From an uncultured virus (IMG/VR IMGVR_UViG_3300032298_000389) (Duplodnaviria; Heunggongvirae; Uroviricota; Caudoviricetes), in IMG/VR virus record IMGVR_UViG_3300032298_000389: a DNA stretch of 64,000 nucleotides; one strand, written 5' to 3'. Position numbers and translations under genes: made by a program. Positions 9,394 through 18,727 of this stretch are shown piece by piece; position 1 is the first letter of the stretch, and the number at the start of each line of letters is the position of its first letter. The notes beneath the pieces were generated by a model that saw nothing but the letters and a program-made list of their open reading frames with translations, did no database searches and was not told the origin of the DNA.

Positions 9394-10188
9394 TTAGGAA
9401 TTTTCTTCTACACAGATATTATCTTTGGCATACTCATACTCTTCCATAACAGAGTTGAAATGATAACTCTTACCAAATTCAGTTTTACGGTCATTATACC
9501 AGTAATACTTTATTTTAAGAATTTCATCCAATGTTTCTAGATAATGTTTTGTAGTACCATCTAGACCATCTATCTTAAGATATGGTTTACCTACTCCATA
9601 ACGATTTCTATCTTGAGTAATATCTACATCATATCCATATGATAATGCTGTTTTGATATCTTTCTCAAGTAAATAGAAATACTTTTGATATTCCTTATTG
9701 TAGTTTTTAATTAAGTCATAGAACATTCTATAATTATAATCATCTACCATAGGACCAACTAAACTATTATATTCAGTAAATAAGTCGGAGAATTGAGTAT
9801 AAACACTTTTTAACCAATATGGATTCTCTACTAGAAAGAAGTATTTTACTGTCTCCATGTAGCTACACCCATCATAATCATAATGATGCTCATCAACAGT
9901 ATATACACCAAGAGTAAGTCTAACTACAGTTTCATTCCACTTATCTGATTTGATAGTTATTTCATCTGAGTATTTAATATCATGATCAGGATATGCAAGT
10001 ATTACTGCTCTTCTATCTTCAATCTTTTGCCACTCTTCACTACCTGGTCTATACTCATTACGGCATGATCTATCAATATTGTCCTTTTCATAATTTTGTT
10101 GAATAATCTCCCTAATGTTTCTAGGTTGGGTTCTGCTGATAATATTATGTAATACAGCAATGTCTTTAAGTTGAATTTTACGATCCAT
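9394..10188 (-). CDS. Hypothetical protein
   Basis: ORF track. Confidence 0.75.
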   Translation of the reverse strand: MDRKIQLKDIAVLHNIISRTQPRNIREIIQQNYEKDNIDRSCRNEYRPGSEEWQKIEDRRAVILAYPDHDIKYSDEITIKSDKWNETVVRLTLGVYTVDEHHYDYDGCSYMETVKYFFLVENPYWLKSVYTQFSDLFTEYNSLVGPMVDDYNYRMFYDLIKNYNKEYQKYFYLLEKDIKTALSYGYDVDITQDRNRYGVGKPYLKIDGLDGTTKHYLETLDEILKIKYYWYNDRKTEFGKSYHFNSVMEEYEYAKDNICVEENS

Positions 10189-10235
10189 TTTTAAGTTTAT
10201 TTATAAGTTATTAATTAAGTTTCTATAAGTTAAGT

Positions 10236-10260
10236 GAGCAGTTTTATATCATACTCAGGA
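10236..10260 (-). repeat. Copy 1 of the CCTGAGYATGA-N3-AAAACTGCTC motif
   Basis: TCCTGAGTATGATATAAAACTGCTC directly after the stop of 10274..10627. Confidence 0.6.
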
Positions 10261-10273
10261 TAATATTTCAATA

Positions 10274-10627
10274 CTAATCTATTAGACTAGGATCATCTTC
10301 CCCTCTAAGAGTATAGTTAGTTCTTTCATAGAAATCACCATAAGACTCTTCTCTACTATAGAATTCATCACGGGCAGCATCTTCTTGTTCATCAAGATCA
10401 CTTAACTGATCTTTATATCCTTGCAGTTCTGCTTTAAGTGATTCTATTAATTCTATTTGTTCTTCTCTCCACCATCTGTACTCAAGTGCTTCTTGATAGC
10501 TATCTGTTAAATCTTCACAGTCAGATATTGTTGCAGAAACATTAGGAGTATTATATAAATCATACTCTGCTTGTTCAAGTTCATAAGAAGTTTCAAGAAC
10601 AAGTTTAAATAAATCATCTTTTGTCAT
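10274..10627 (-). CDS. Acidic hypothetical protein
   Basis: ORF track. Confidence 0.7.
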   Translation of the reverse strand: MTKDDLFKLVLETSYELEQAEYDLYNTPNVSATISDCEDLTDSYQEALEYRWWREEQIELIESLKAELQGYKDQLSDLDEQEDAARDEFYSREESYGDFYERTNYTLRGEDDPSLID

Positions 10628-10663
10628 AAGTTTATGTTTAAGTGAATAAATAAAGTTTCTATA

Positions 10664-10797
10664 AGTTAATTACCCTCTGCACTCAGTTGTAATAGTTACA
10701 TAGTCTTTTGACTACTGGTGTATCACCAACTTAATGGACTTACTATTCTATTACAACTGTCTACCCTTGGGAAGTAGAAATGGTGCATTACGACTAC
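10664..10797 (-). ncRNA. Twister ribozyme (P1 type) candidate with extended P5
   Basis: Minus strand UAAUGCACC...CUAC-UUCCCAAGG-GUAG...[12-bp P5 CAGUUGUAAUAG/CUAUUACAACUG]...AGUGCAGAGGG. P2 is UGCA/UGCA and the pseudoknots are CCC/GGG and CC/GG. Confidence 0.72.
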
Positions 10798-10910
10798 AGT
10801 ATAAAGTCATAAAATCCCCAGGTATAAATACCGTAGATTCCAAATGCCTAACTCCTGTAGATGTGGCTCATTATGCTTTCATGAGTTGTTCCACGTTACG
10901 TTTGATAAAT

Positions 10911-10935
10911 GAGCAGTTTTAATTCATGCTCAGGA
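10911..10935 (-). repeat. Copy 2 of the CCTGAGYATGA-N3-AAAACTGCTC motif
   Basis: TCCTGAGCATGAATTAAAACTGCTC directly after the stop of 10943..11176. Confidence 0.6.
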
Positions 10936-10942
10936 AAGGTCA

Positions 10943-11176
10943 TTAGTATAAATGATCAAAATCCGGCTTCCTACTGTAGGAAACTTCATATTTATATTGA
11001 TCTAATAACCATAGTTTATTATCTAATGACATAGAGAGTAATTCCATCTCTTGTCTTTTGGTTAATGTCTCTTTGTAGAATTTATTAGCATATTGTACTA
11101 AGTCTTTGTTTACTTTAGTTTCAATTGCATGTTGAGTTTCTACATACTCTCTGTTTTGAATCATAGTTGCATTCAT
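10943..11176 (-). CDS. Hypothetical protein
   Basis: ORF track. Confidence 0.65.
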   Translation of the reverse strand: MNATMIQNREYVETQHAIETKVNKDLVQYANKFYKETLTKRQEMELLSMSLDNKLWLLDQYKYEVSYSRKPDFDHLY

Positions 11177-11201
11177 ATTATTTATTTAATTAGTTACTAA
11201 A

Positions 11202-11369
11202 TTAAGGAGCAAGACTATAATCCTGCTCCATTACTACTACCAATCCTACTGCAGGATGTTGGTATTCATGTATTACTTTATAACCTTCTTTACACTTCAT
11301 GTGTATAAGGTCCTTAATTTCCATGCCCATAGACATGGCTTGATCTTCAGTGATTGTAAAATTTGCCAT
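11202..11369 (-). CDS. Small hypothetical protein (55 aa, MANFTITEDQAMSMG...)
   Basis: Manual translation; fills the gap between minus-strand genes. Confidence 0.55.
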   Translation of the reverse strand: MANFTITEDQAMSMGMEIKDLIHMKCKEGYKVIHEYQHPAVGLVVVMEQDYSLAP

Positions 11370-11380
11370 TGGTTAAATAT

Positions 11381-11662
11381 TTATAGGTTATCTACATTAA
11401 TTAATGAATCTAATTGAGTATAAGTACCACCATATACTCTATGGCTTGATACATTCTCAATCCAAATAGAATCTTCACTTACTTCTAAGTAGTATTCTAT
11501 GTCGATGTTACCACCAACATCTGTCCAATCTTTTGATACATTTTCCGGAGTCTTTGTTACTAAACTAGTATAAGTATAACCAAGTATAACTTGTATTAGA
11601 CAAAATGATAAAGCACCTACTATAATGCCTATCACAAAAGAATCATAAATCCTTGTTTTCAT
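11381..11662 (-). CDS. Membrane-anchored hypothetical protein
   Basis: N-terminal TM helix. Confidence 0.65.
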   Translation of the reverse strand: MKTRIYDSFVIGIIVGALSFCLIQVILGYTYTSLVTKTPENVSKDWTDVGGNIDIEYYLEVSEDSIWIENVSSHRVYGGTYTQLDSLINVDNL

Positions 11663-12052
11663 ATATGTTTATTTAAATAGTTAGCTATATAAAATATTAT
11701 ATAAGTATATATAATATAGAGTAATTATATTGAGTATACTTAAGTAGAAATAAGTGGTATAGGTTAAGTATCACTAACATACTAATACACAAATACTTAC
11801 AATAAAGTATATTTACTACTTAAGATATAGAAACTTCTATAGATTAAGTAAAGTATATTAAGTAATATAATATTATTATTTCTATGTGGTAGTGTATATC
11901 CTTTAAGTACATAAAATATAATATATAATTATACAATATATGAACACAGCCACTCCCACACCAAGTGTGGGGTTGTAAAAAAAAAGGTAAAAACAAAAGA
12001 GACTGCAACAGAATCCCTATTACAGAATTCTATCACAGACTCTTTTGATGTC

Positions 12053-12562
12053 TTACTCAGACTTTCCTAGATCAGCATCACCTCCATTAGACATATTTGC
12101 TAGTTCAGTAATTCTACTAGTATTCTTCAGACCTAAACCCATCCTTGTTGCCATAACATGTTCAGTAAACACTCTACTAGCATTATTCATACCACGCTCT
12201 TCAAACTGTTCTAGAGTATCTAGTAAATCATCTGACTCAGCCTTATCTATATTATAATTGCCATAATAAGTTATGTACACATTATATTTAGATCCAATAG
12301 TACCGAACAGATCTTTCCAATTACACCAGAACTGAACCCCACCATCTCTGTTATATTTTACAGGATATTCTTTATTAGATGGATGTTCTATAAATTCTTT
12401 TATCTCATCAGCTGGTCCAGACAAATCATATTTATAGAACTTCTTCCCGAAATTCTTATGACCTTCTTGTCTATTCTTTCCTATTCCCACATAGGTTGCC
12501 ATAATCTTTGTTGATTTAGCTTTACTCTCTTGTTTAATCTCTGCTTGTTTCATACTTTGCAT
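12053..12562 (-). CDS. Early hypothetical protein
   Basis: ORF track; flanked by a TACAACCC motif and a hairpin. Confidence 0.75.
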   Translation of the reverse strand: MQSMKQAEIKQESKAKSTKIMATYVGIGKNRQEGHKNFGKKFYKYDLSGPADEIKEFIEHPSNKEYPVKYNRDGGVQFWCNWKDLFGTIGSKYNVYITYYGNYNIDKAESDDLLDTLEQFEERGMNNASRVFTEHVMATRMGLGLKNTSRITELANMSNGGDADLGKSE

Positions 12563-12670
12563 TTTTAGAATTAATAATTATTTTTCTCAAGTTCAGGGTT
12601 GTAAAAAAAAAGGTTTTAAAAAAACAGAAAGAGACTAGCATATAAGTCTCTTTCCATTTTCTTAATTTAG

Positions 12671-13027
12671 TTAATACTCTGTATGATCTCTGGCACATGT
12701 ATCCAAATCATCCAGATCAATTCGACCAATAACTCTAACTCCAGATTCATTGCATGATTCCATATTAGACATATCTTGATAACTCTGTATCAAGTTTACT
12801 GATCTATGGAATGCTGCAAAATCTTCACATCTCTCTACTAGAGTTTCAAGATTATCAGTCATCATAATTTGTTCTCTCAAAGAATGTCTAATTTTCTCAA
12901 AACTTCTTGTTTGAAATTGTTCAGTCAATCTTCTCAGAACTTTTAAATCTACAAGAGCTATTTCTCTTGCATTATCAGGTGTAAAATCAATTACTTGTTT
13001 ACCATTAATCTCAATTCTATTTTCCAT
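12671..13027 (-). CDS. Early hypothetical protein
   Basis: ORF track. Confidence 0.7.
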   Translation of the reverse strand: MENRIEINGKQVIDFTPDNAREIALVDLKVLRRLTEQFQTRSFEKIRHSLREQIMMTDNLETLVERCEDFAAFHRSVNLIQSYQDMSNMESCNESGVRVIGRIDLDDLDTCARDHTEY

Positions 13028-13130
13028 AATTATTTATTTTAGTTAAGTCAAGGGTTGTACGAAGAAGGTAAAAAAAAAATAAAAGAACTTAACCATAAGT
13101 TCTTTTACATATGTACTATGAAACTATTAA

Positions 13131-13202
13131 TTATGCATTAGGATTTCTAATCCATGATAATATAGTAACAACTCCATTAGACAACACTAATTCATTTTTC
13201 AT
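13131..13202 (-). CDS. 23-aa peptide MKNELVLSNGVVTILSWIRNPNA
   Basis: ORF directly downstream of the TACAACCC motif at 13228, ahead of the hairpin at 13081-13106. Confidence 0.4.
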   Translation of the reverse strand: MKNELVLSNGVVTILSWIRNPNA

Positions 13203-13270
13203 AACAATCAATTTTCTGTTCAGTAAAGGGTTGTAAAAAAACAAAAAGAAATAATGGGGAAGGGCCCCCA

Positions 13271-13585
13271 TTATTTCATCCAAGCTGGTTTAGATCCTGA
13301 TGTCTTCTTCTTGACAACAGGAACTGAATCAGATTGCACCTGGTTATAAGTGTAGATTTTTCCCTTCAGAAAATCTGCATCTCTATAACCAGACTTATTG
13401 GTATAGATTCCAAGTTCCGCCATATAAGGAACATTGAATTCTAGACCAATACTTTTGATGTAATTAATATGCTTGCTACATATAATAGCATCATTAATTT
13501 CATCTTTTAGAAAGACATAGTCACTGTCTTTCGACTTTTGGAACAGTTTAATCTGAACTGTTACATACTTTTCATATTTTTTCAT
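13271..13585 (-). CDS. Early hypothetical protein (start MKKYEKY)
   Basis: ORF track, trimmed to the ATG downstream of the motif at 13608. Confidence 0.7.
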   Translation of the reverse strand: MKKYEKYVTVQIKLFQKSKDSDYVFLKDEINDAIICSKHINYIKSIGLEFNVPYMAELGIYTNKSGYRDADFLKGKIYTYNQVQSDSVPVVKKKTSGSKPAWMK

Positions 13586-13692
13586 AGTACAATTTGTACT
13601 AGGTCTAGGGTTGTATAGAAAAAAAATCAAAGATTTTTCCTTAGAAAAATGTTTTATTTTTTTACTTATCAGACCTGTGTGCTGGATTTGTG

Positions 13693-13743
13693 TGGGGGGT
13701 GGTGCAGGTGGCCGGAGGGCCGGGGGGTCTGAGACAGGGGGGT
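13693..13743 (+). other. G-rich island at the strand switch
   Basis: Three G6 tracts plus GG/GGG runs in an otherwise AT-rich genome. Confidence 0.6.
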
Positions 13744-13789
13744 CATCACTTACTCTTATTTACAAGATTTTAAATTCCAAAAAAAATTT

Positions 13790-13797
13790 TATATTTG
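13790..13797 (+). promoter_or_regulatory. Bacteroidota primary-sigma -7 box (TAnnTTTG); other copies at 15122, 15222 and 23747
   Basis: TATATTTG matches the established Bacteroidota -7 consensus and lies intergenic, upstream of plus-strand genes. Confidence 0.7.
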
Positions 13798-13801
13798 TTT
13801 C

Positions 13802-14245
13802 ATGAAAAAGTTTGACATGGGTAAGTATGTTCTCTTAGCTGGTGATAATGCTACCACAATATTTGACTACTATAAAGTGGATGAAATGCACGGGTTAAAT
13901 CTTAAAGATGCCATAGCAGAGGAAGTAGATAAGACTGTAGGTAATGGGGTTTATATTTATGGGTGGACTAACTATGACCCGGCTGATAAAAAACTTACTG
14001 CCAAGGCTCCTACTAAACCATTTCTTTTTATTAATCTTGGTACCTTCAGTAGGTATACAATTACAGAGAAAGCAACAGCTGTTATGCATGAGACTATGCA
14101 CATGAGTATCCTACTTAATAACTGGAAGATAACTGATAAAGAAGAAGAGGTTATTACTTTTGCTGAAGATGAAGCTAACAAGATAATTGAGAAGTTAGGA
14201 TTTGATAAAAAAGAACAACCTAAGAAAGGGTTCTTTAAAAAATGA
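13802..14245 (+). CDS. Putative zinc metallopeptidase (HExxH)
   Basis: AVMHETMHMS followed by EEE; ATGA overlap with the next gene. Confidence 0.6.
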   Translation: MKKFDMGKYVLLAGDNATTIFDYYKVDEMHGLNLKDAIAEEVDKTVGNGVYIYGWTNYDPADKKLTAKAPTKPFLFINLGTFSRYTITEKATAVMHETMHMSILLNNWKITDKEEEVITFAEDEANKIIEKLGFDKKEQPKKGFFKK

Positions 14246-14916
14246 AAGTATACTTTGATCATATTACAGGGTTTGGTAAGATCAAACATATGGATTTTAT
14301 ATTCTCAAATCCTTATGGTGTACTAGAACCAAATGAATCTGAGGAGGATGTAATAAAAGAAGGTTGGATATTGTGGGAGGATTATTGGTATAACCTTCGA
14401 AGTGTTAGGTTAGATCTTAATGAATACAAGCCAGCTAAAACTACAAAGAAGTTATCTAAGTATGTTACCATAGAGCACGGAGATGTACTGGCTAATCTAG
14501 AACAGTATGAAGAGTTGTATGATAAGTACTGTAAACATCACGGATTTAAGAGAGATATTAATCTAGCTAGTTTTAAGGATTGTAATGTTATTGAATATCA
14601 CACAGATTCATTAGTAGGTATTAGTTTGTACAGGGTGTTTAACAAACAATTTGTAGCTTATGAGTTTATATGGGACTATCAAGATCCTAAACTTTCTCTA
14701 GGTACCATAGCACAGATGGTAGAATGTGACACTGCTAAAGTCTTAGGTTGTGAGTATGTATATTTACTAGGAGGATATGAGTTATGCTGTCTCTACAAAA
14801 GTAACTTCAGGGGGTTTGAATTTTGGACTGGTAAAGAATGGTCAACTGATATAGGGTTATATAAGACACTAGTTGAAAGAGATGAAAAAATTAAAATTAT
14901 AAATTATGATATTTGA
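14242..14916 (+). CDS. Aminoacyl-tRNA:protein transferase, ATE1/Bpt-like
   Basis: GW...SVRLDLNEYKPAKTTKK (ATE_N-like), LYDKYC, and WDYQDPKLSLGT...AKVLGCEYVYLLGGY...YKSNF (ATE_C-like). Confidence 0.75.
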   Translation: MKVYFDHITGFGKIKHMDFIFSNPYGVLEPNESEEDVIKEGWILWEDYWYNLRSVRLDLNEYKPAKTTKKLSKYVTIEHGDVLANLEQYEELYDKYCKHHGFKRDINLASFKDCNVIEYHTDSLVGISLYRVFNKQFVAYEFIWDYQDPKLSLGTIAQMVECDTAKVLGCEYVYLLGGYELCCLYKSNFRGFEFWTGKEWSTDIGLYKTLVERDEKIKIINYDI

Positions 14917-15118
14917 ACCAACTAATAGGGTAGAAGTAAATACACCAAAAGGACCGGGGGTAATTTGGTTAGTTACTGACTATGGTCATGAAACAGATAC
15001 TATTTATACAGTGATTATTAATGAGACTGGAGAGTTCTGGCAGTATACTCATAGAGATATAAGAGCAAAAAATAATTTGACATTTAGAAGAAAAATAGAT
15101 CCAAGTATTGGAAAATAG
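14906..15118 (+). CDS. Small hypothetical protein (SH3-like)
   Basis: VNTPKGPG...DYG pattern. Confidence 0.6.
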   Translation: MIFEPTNRVEVNTPKGPGVIWLVTDYGHETDTIYTVIINETGEFWQYTHRDIRAKNNLTFRRKIDPSIGK

Positions 15119-15171
15119 TTTTATATTTGTACTGTTTTTCGATTTTATTTACTTGTTTATTATTTATGCTA

Positions 15172-15205
15172 AGAACCCTGGAAATTTTTCTAGGGTTTTT
15201 AGTTT
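15172..15205 (+). terminator. Intrinsic terminator
   Basis: AACCCTGG...CTAGGGTT stem followed by Ts. Confidence 0.65.
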
Positions 15206-15249
15206 AAACAAAAAAAATTTATATATTTGTTCCTAACTAAAAATTAAAT

Positions 15250-15462
15250 ATGTCAGAAGAAACAATTATTTTATCCCTTGTAGAAACAGAGAATGGGATA
15301 GAGGTACACATAAGTGAAAAAGCCTATGAGAATTTTGCTGTTATAGGTTTAATTGAAAGGATTAAATTGGACTTGTTATCAAGACCGGATCTTCCTATTC
15401 ATGATCTTAGAAAGAAAGAAAAAAAGAAAGGAGAGAAATCTTCTCAAAAGTATGATGCATAA
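15250..15462 (+). CDS. Hypothetical protein
   Basis: ORF track; -7 box at 15222. Confidence 0.65.
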   Translation: MSEETIILSLVETENGIEVHISEKAYENFAVIGLIERIKLDLLSRPDLPIHDLRKKEKKKGEKSSQKYDA

Positions 15463-15480
15463 ATTTTTAAAACCAACAAT

Positions 15481-15774
15481 ATGAAACCATTCAAAAAATT
15501 AAGAGGTAGAACTATTTTACTTAGTGTGCCTGAAAGAAAGAAATCATCTATTGAATTATCTGCTAAAGATGAAGAGACAATGATGCAAGAAGCTGCTAAA
15601 CTTTGGAGTAAACTTACAGTTTATGCCATAGGAGATAAAGTAGAAGAAGTGGAAGTAGGGGATCAAGTATATGTAAGAACCTCAGCACTTAATATGGAAC
15701 AAGTAGAGAGAATAGAAATAGACGGTTCTGTAAAGCTTGTCCTTAATGAAGGTGATGTAATCATAGTATGGTAA
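15481..15774 (+). CDS. groES: GroES/Cpn10-like co-chaperonin
   Basis: Size and pattern: ILL...SSIEL mobile loop, VYAIG...VEVGDQVYV, LNEGDVI. Confidence 0.7.
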   Translation: MKPFKKLRGRTILLSVPERKKSSIELSAKDEETMMQEAAKLWSKLTVYAIGDKVEEVEVGDQVYVRTSALNMEQVERIEIDGSVKLVLNEGDVIIVW

Positions 15775-15777
15775 GTT

Positions 15778-16143
15778 ATGGAAAATAACTTATATAAAGC
15801 ATGCACTCGTAGTGATAAACAATCTCCATATAAAGATATGGTAGATGGAGTTTATGGAAAGGACACCAACCTTTATAAACCAACTTGCCCTACAGCAGTA
15901 GAAATAGATTGGAGTAAAAGAGTTCAGAATCTGGGTGAACCACCAAGACCAGGTTACTATGGTGGTAAGGATAATACTTATGAAGTATTTCAAGTATTAG
16001 AAGCTTGGGGATTGGATAAAGATTTTTATCTAGGTAATGTAATTAAGTATGTTGCAAGAGCAGGTAAGAAAAATAAATCTACTGAAAAAGAAGATCTTCA
16101 AAAAGCTTTAGTATATTTACAACGTAGAATTAATTCATTATGA
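15778..16143 (+). CDS. DUF3310-type protein
   Basis: YYGG...EV...FYLGNVIKYVARAGKK...EDLQKALVYL. Confidence 0.8.
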   Translation: MENNLYKACTRSDKQSPYKDMVDGVYGKDTNLYKPTCPTAVEIDWSKRVQNLGEPPRPGYYGGKDNTYEVFQVLEAWGLDKDFYLGNVIKYVARAGKKNKSTEKEDLQKALVYLQRRINSL

Positions 16144-16334
16144 TAACAGGAGTAATTTTTATAATTGGTGTATTAATAATTGGGTTTTTATTTTTAGTAA
16201 ATAATGCTATGAGTAAACCTATTTATAATAAGATGTCTAATGTATGGGAAGATGATCCTACAGGTAGAAAATATGCTAATATGACAATAGTAGTTATGTT
16301 AATTATTTCATTTGTACTAGGTCTTATGTTTTGA
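16140..16334 (+). CDS. Small two-TM membrane protein
   Basis: Two hydrophobic helices. Confidence 0.6.
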   Translation: MITGVIFIIGVLIIGFLFLVNNAMSKPIYNKMSNVWEDDPTGRKYANMTIVVMLIISFVLGLMF

Positions 16335-16405
16335 TACTTTTCTCTAATCAAACAAAAATATCCTCAGAAATTTTTCTGGGGATTTTTTTTATTCAAATAT
16401 TTTTT

Positions 16406-16413
16406 GTATATTA
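16406..16413 (+). promoter_or_regulatory. Putative late promoter motif GTATATTA; other copies at 16416, 21973, 31460, 39194, 43913 and 47089
   Basis: Recurrent T-rich-preceded GTATATTA in intergenic gaps upstream of structural and lysis operons. Confidence 0.55.
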
Positions 16414-16441
16414 TAGTATATTATTTATAAAACTAATTATC

Positions 16442-18067
<1,626 letters not shown>

Positions 18068-18092
18068 TCATTAACATTTTAAACTTTATATA

Positions 18093-18344
18093 ATGGGAGC
18101 TTTACCAGAATTTGAAAATGTAGATGATGCTAGATCTACAATGCCTGAGTATGAATCAAAACCTACTCAATTTAATCAATACCTTAATAGATCAGTAAAT
18201 AAGTTTTTCTTTGATTGGGGATACAGACTTGCTGTACAAAGAGTATTTCCTGATAATGCAGCAGCAATTGCAGGAGGTTTAAAAAAAGGTGATTGGTATT
18301 CATCAGTTAATGGAACTGATTTAATAGTAAAAATTGTTCAATAA
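18093..18344 (+). CDS. Small virion-associated protein
   Basis: DNAAAIAGGLKKGDWY motif. Confidence 0.55.
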   Translation: MGALPEFENVDDARSTMPEYESKPTQFNQYLNRSVNKFFFDWGYRLAVQRVFPDNAAAIAGGLKKGDWYSSVNGTDLIVKIVQ

Positions 18345-18358
18345 TTAAATTATATATA

Positions 18359-18670
18359 ATGGAAACAAAATTTGAAGAATCAGATGTTCTTGTAAGTGTT
18401 GATAATATATCAGCTTTAGTATTTAATAGTGCTAAATTAATAGTAGAAAATCCTGAAATAAAGACAGTTGAATTAACAGCATTACTTGCTGCACTTTTAA
18501 GACCAGGTATTTATTCCTCAATAGAAGAAGCTCAACGTGCTGGTGTTCCTGCTGGAACATTTATTATAATTGATGATCCTAAAACTCCGGAAACTGAATT
18601 TACTATTCAAATAGTATCACCATATATTGCTGCAGAAAAAGGTGAAGAAGTAATTGAAGTTGAACCTTAA
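18359..18670 (+). CDS. Hypothetical protein
   Basis: ORF track; hairpin terminator at about 18686-18716. Confidence 0.6.
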   Translation: METKFEESDVLVSVDNISALVFNSAKLIVENPEIKTVELTALLAALLRPGIYSSIEEAQRAGVPAGTFIIIDDPKTPETEFTIQIVSPYIAAEKGEEVIEVEP

Positions 18671-18727
18671 AATAAATATTAACTTGTGCAGCCCTTAATT
18701 GGGCTGTACTTTTTTAAAAGTAAAGTT

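Larger units (their letters stand above)
11970..13615 (-). promoter_or_regulatory. Five copies of TACAACCC (putative phage early promoter) at 11970, 12596, 13052, 13228 and 13608
   Basis: GGGTTGTA on the plus strand, each followed by an A-run; four sit just upstream of minus-strand start codons. Confidence 0.65.

Noticed and set aside
10734..10922. Plus-strand 62-aa ORF
   Set aside because: Antisense to the operon and overlapping the ribozyme and structured RNA; likely spurious
13611..13805. Gly-rich 64-aa ORF
   Set aside because: Non-ATG start; an artefact of translating the G-rich island
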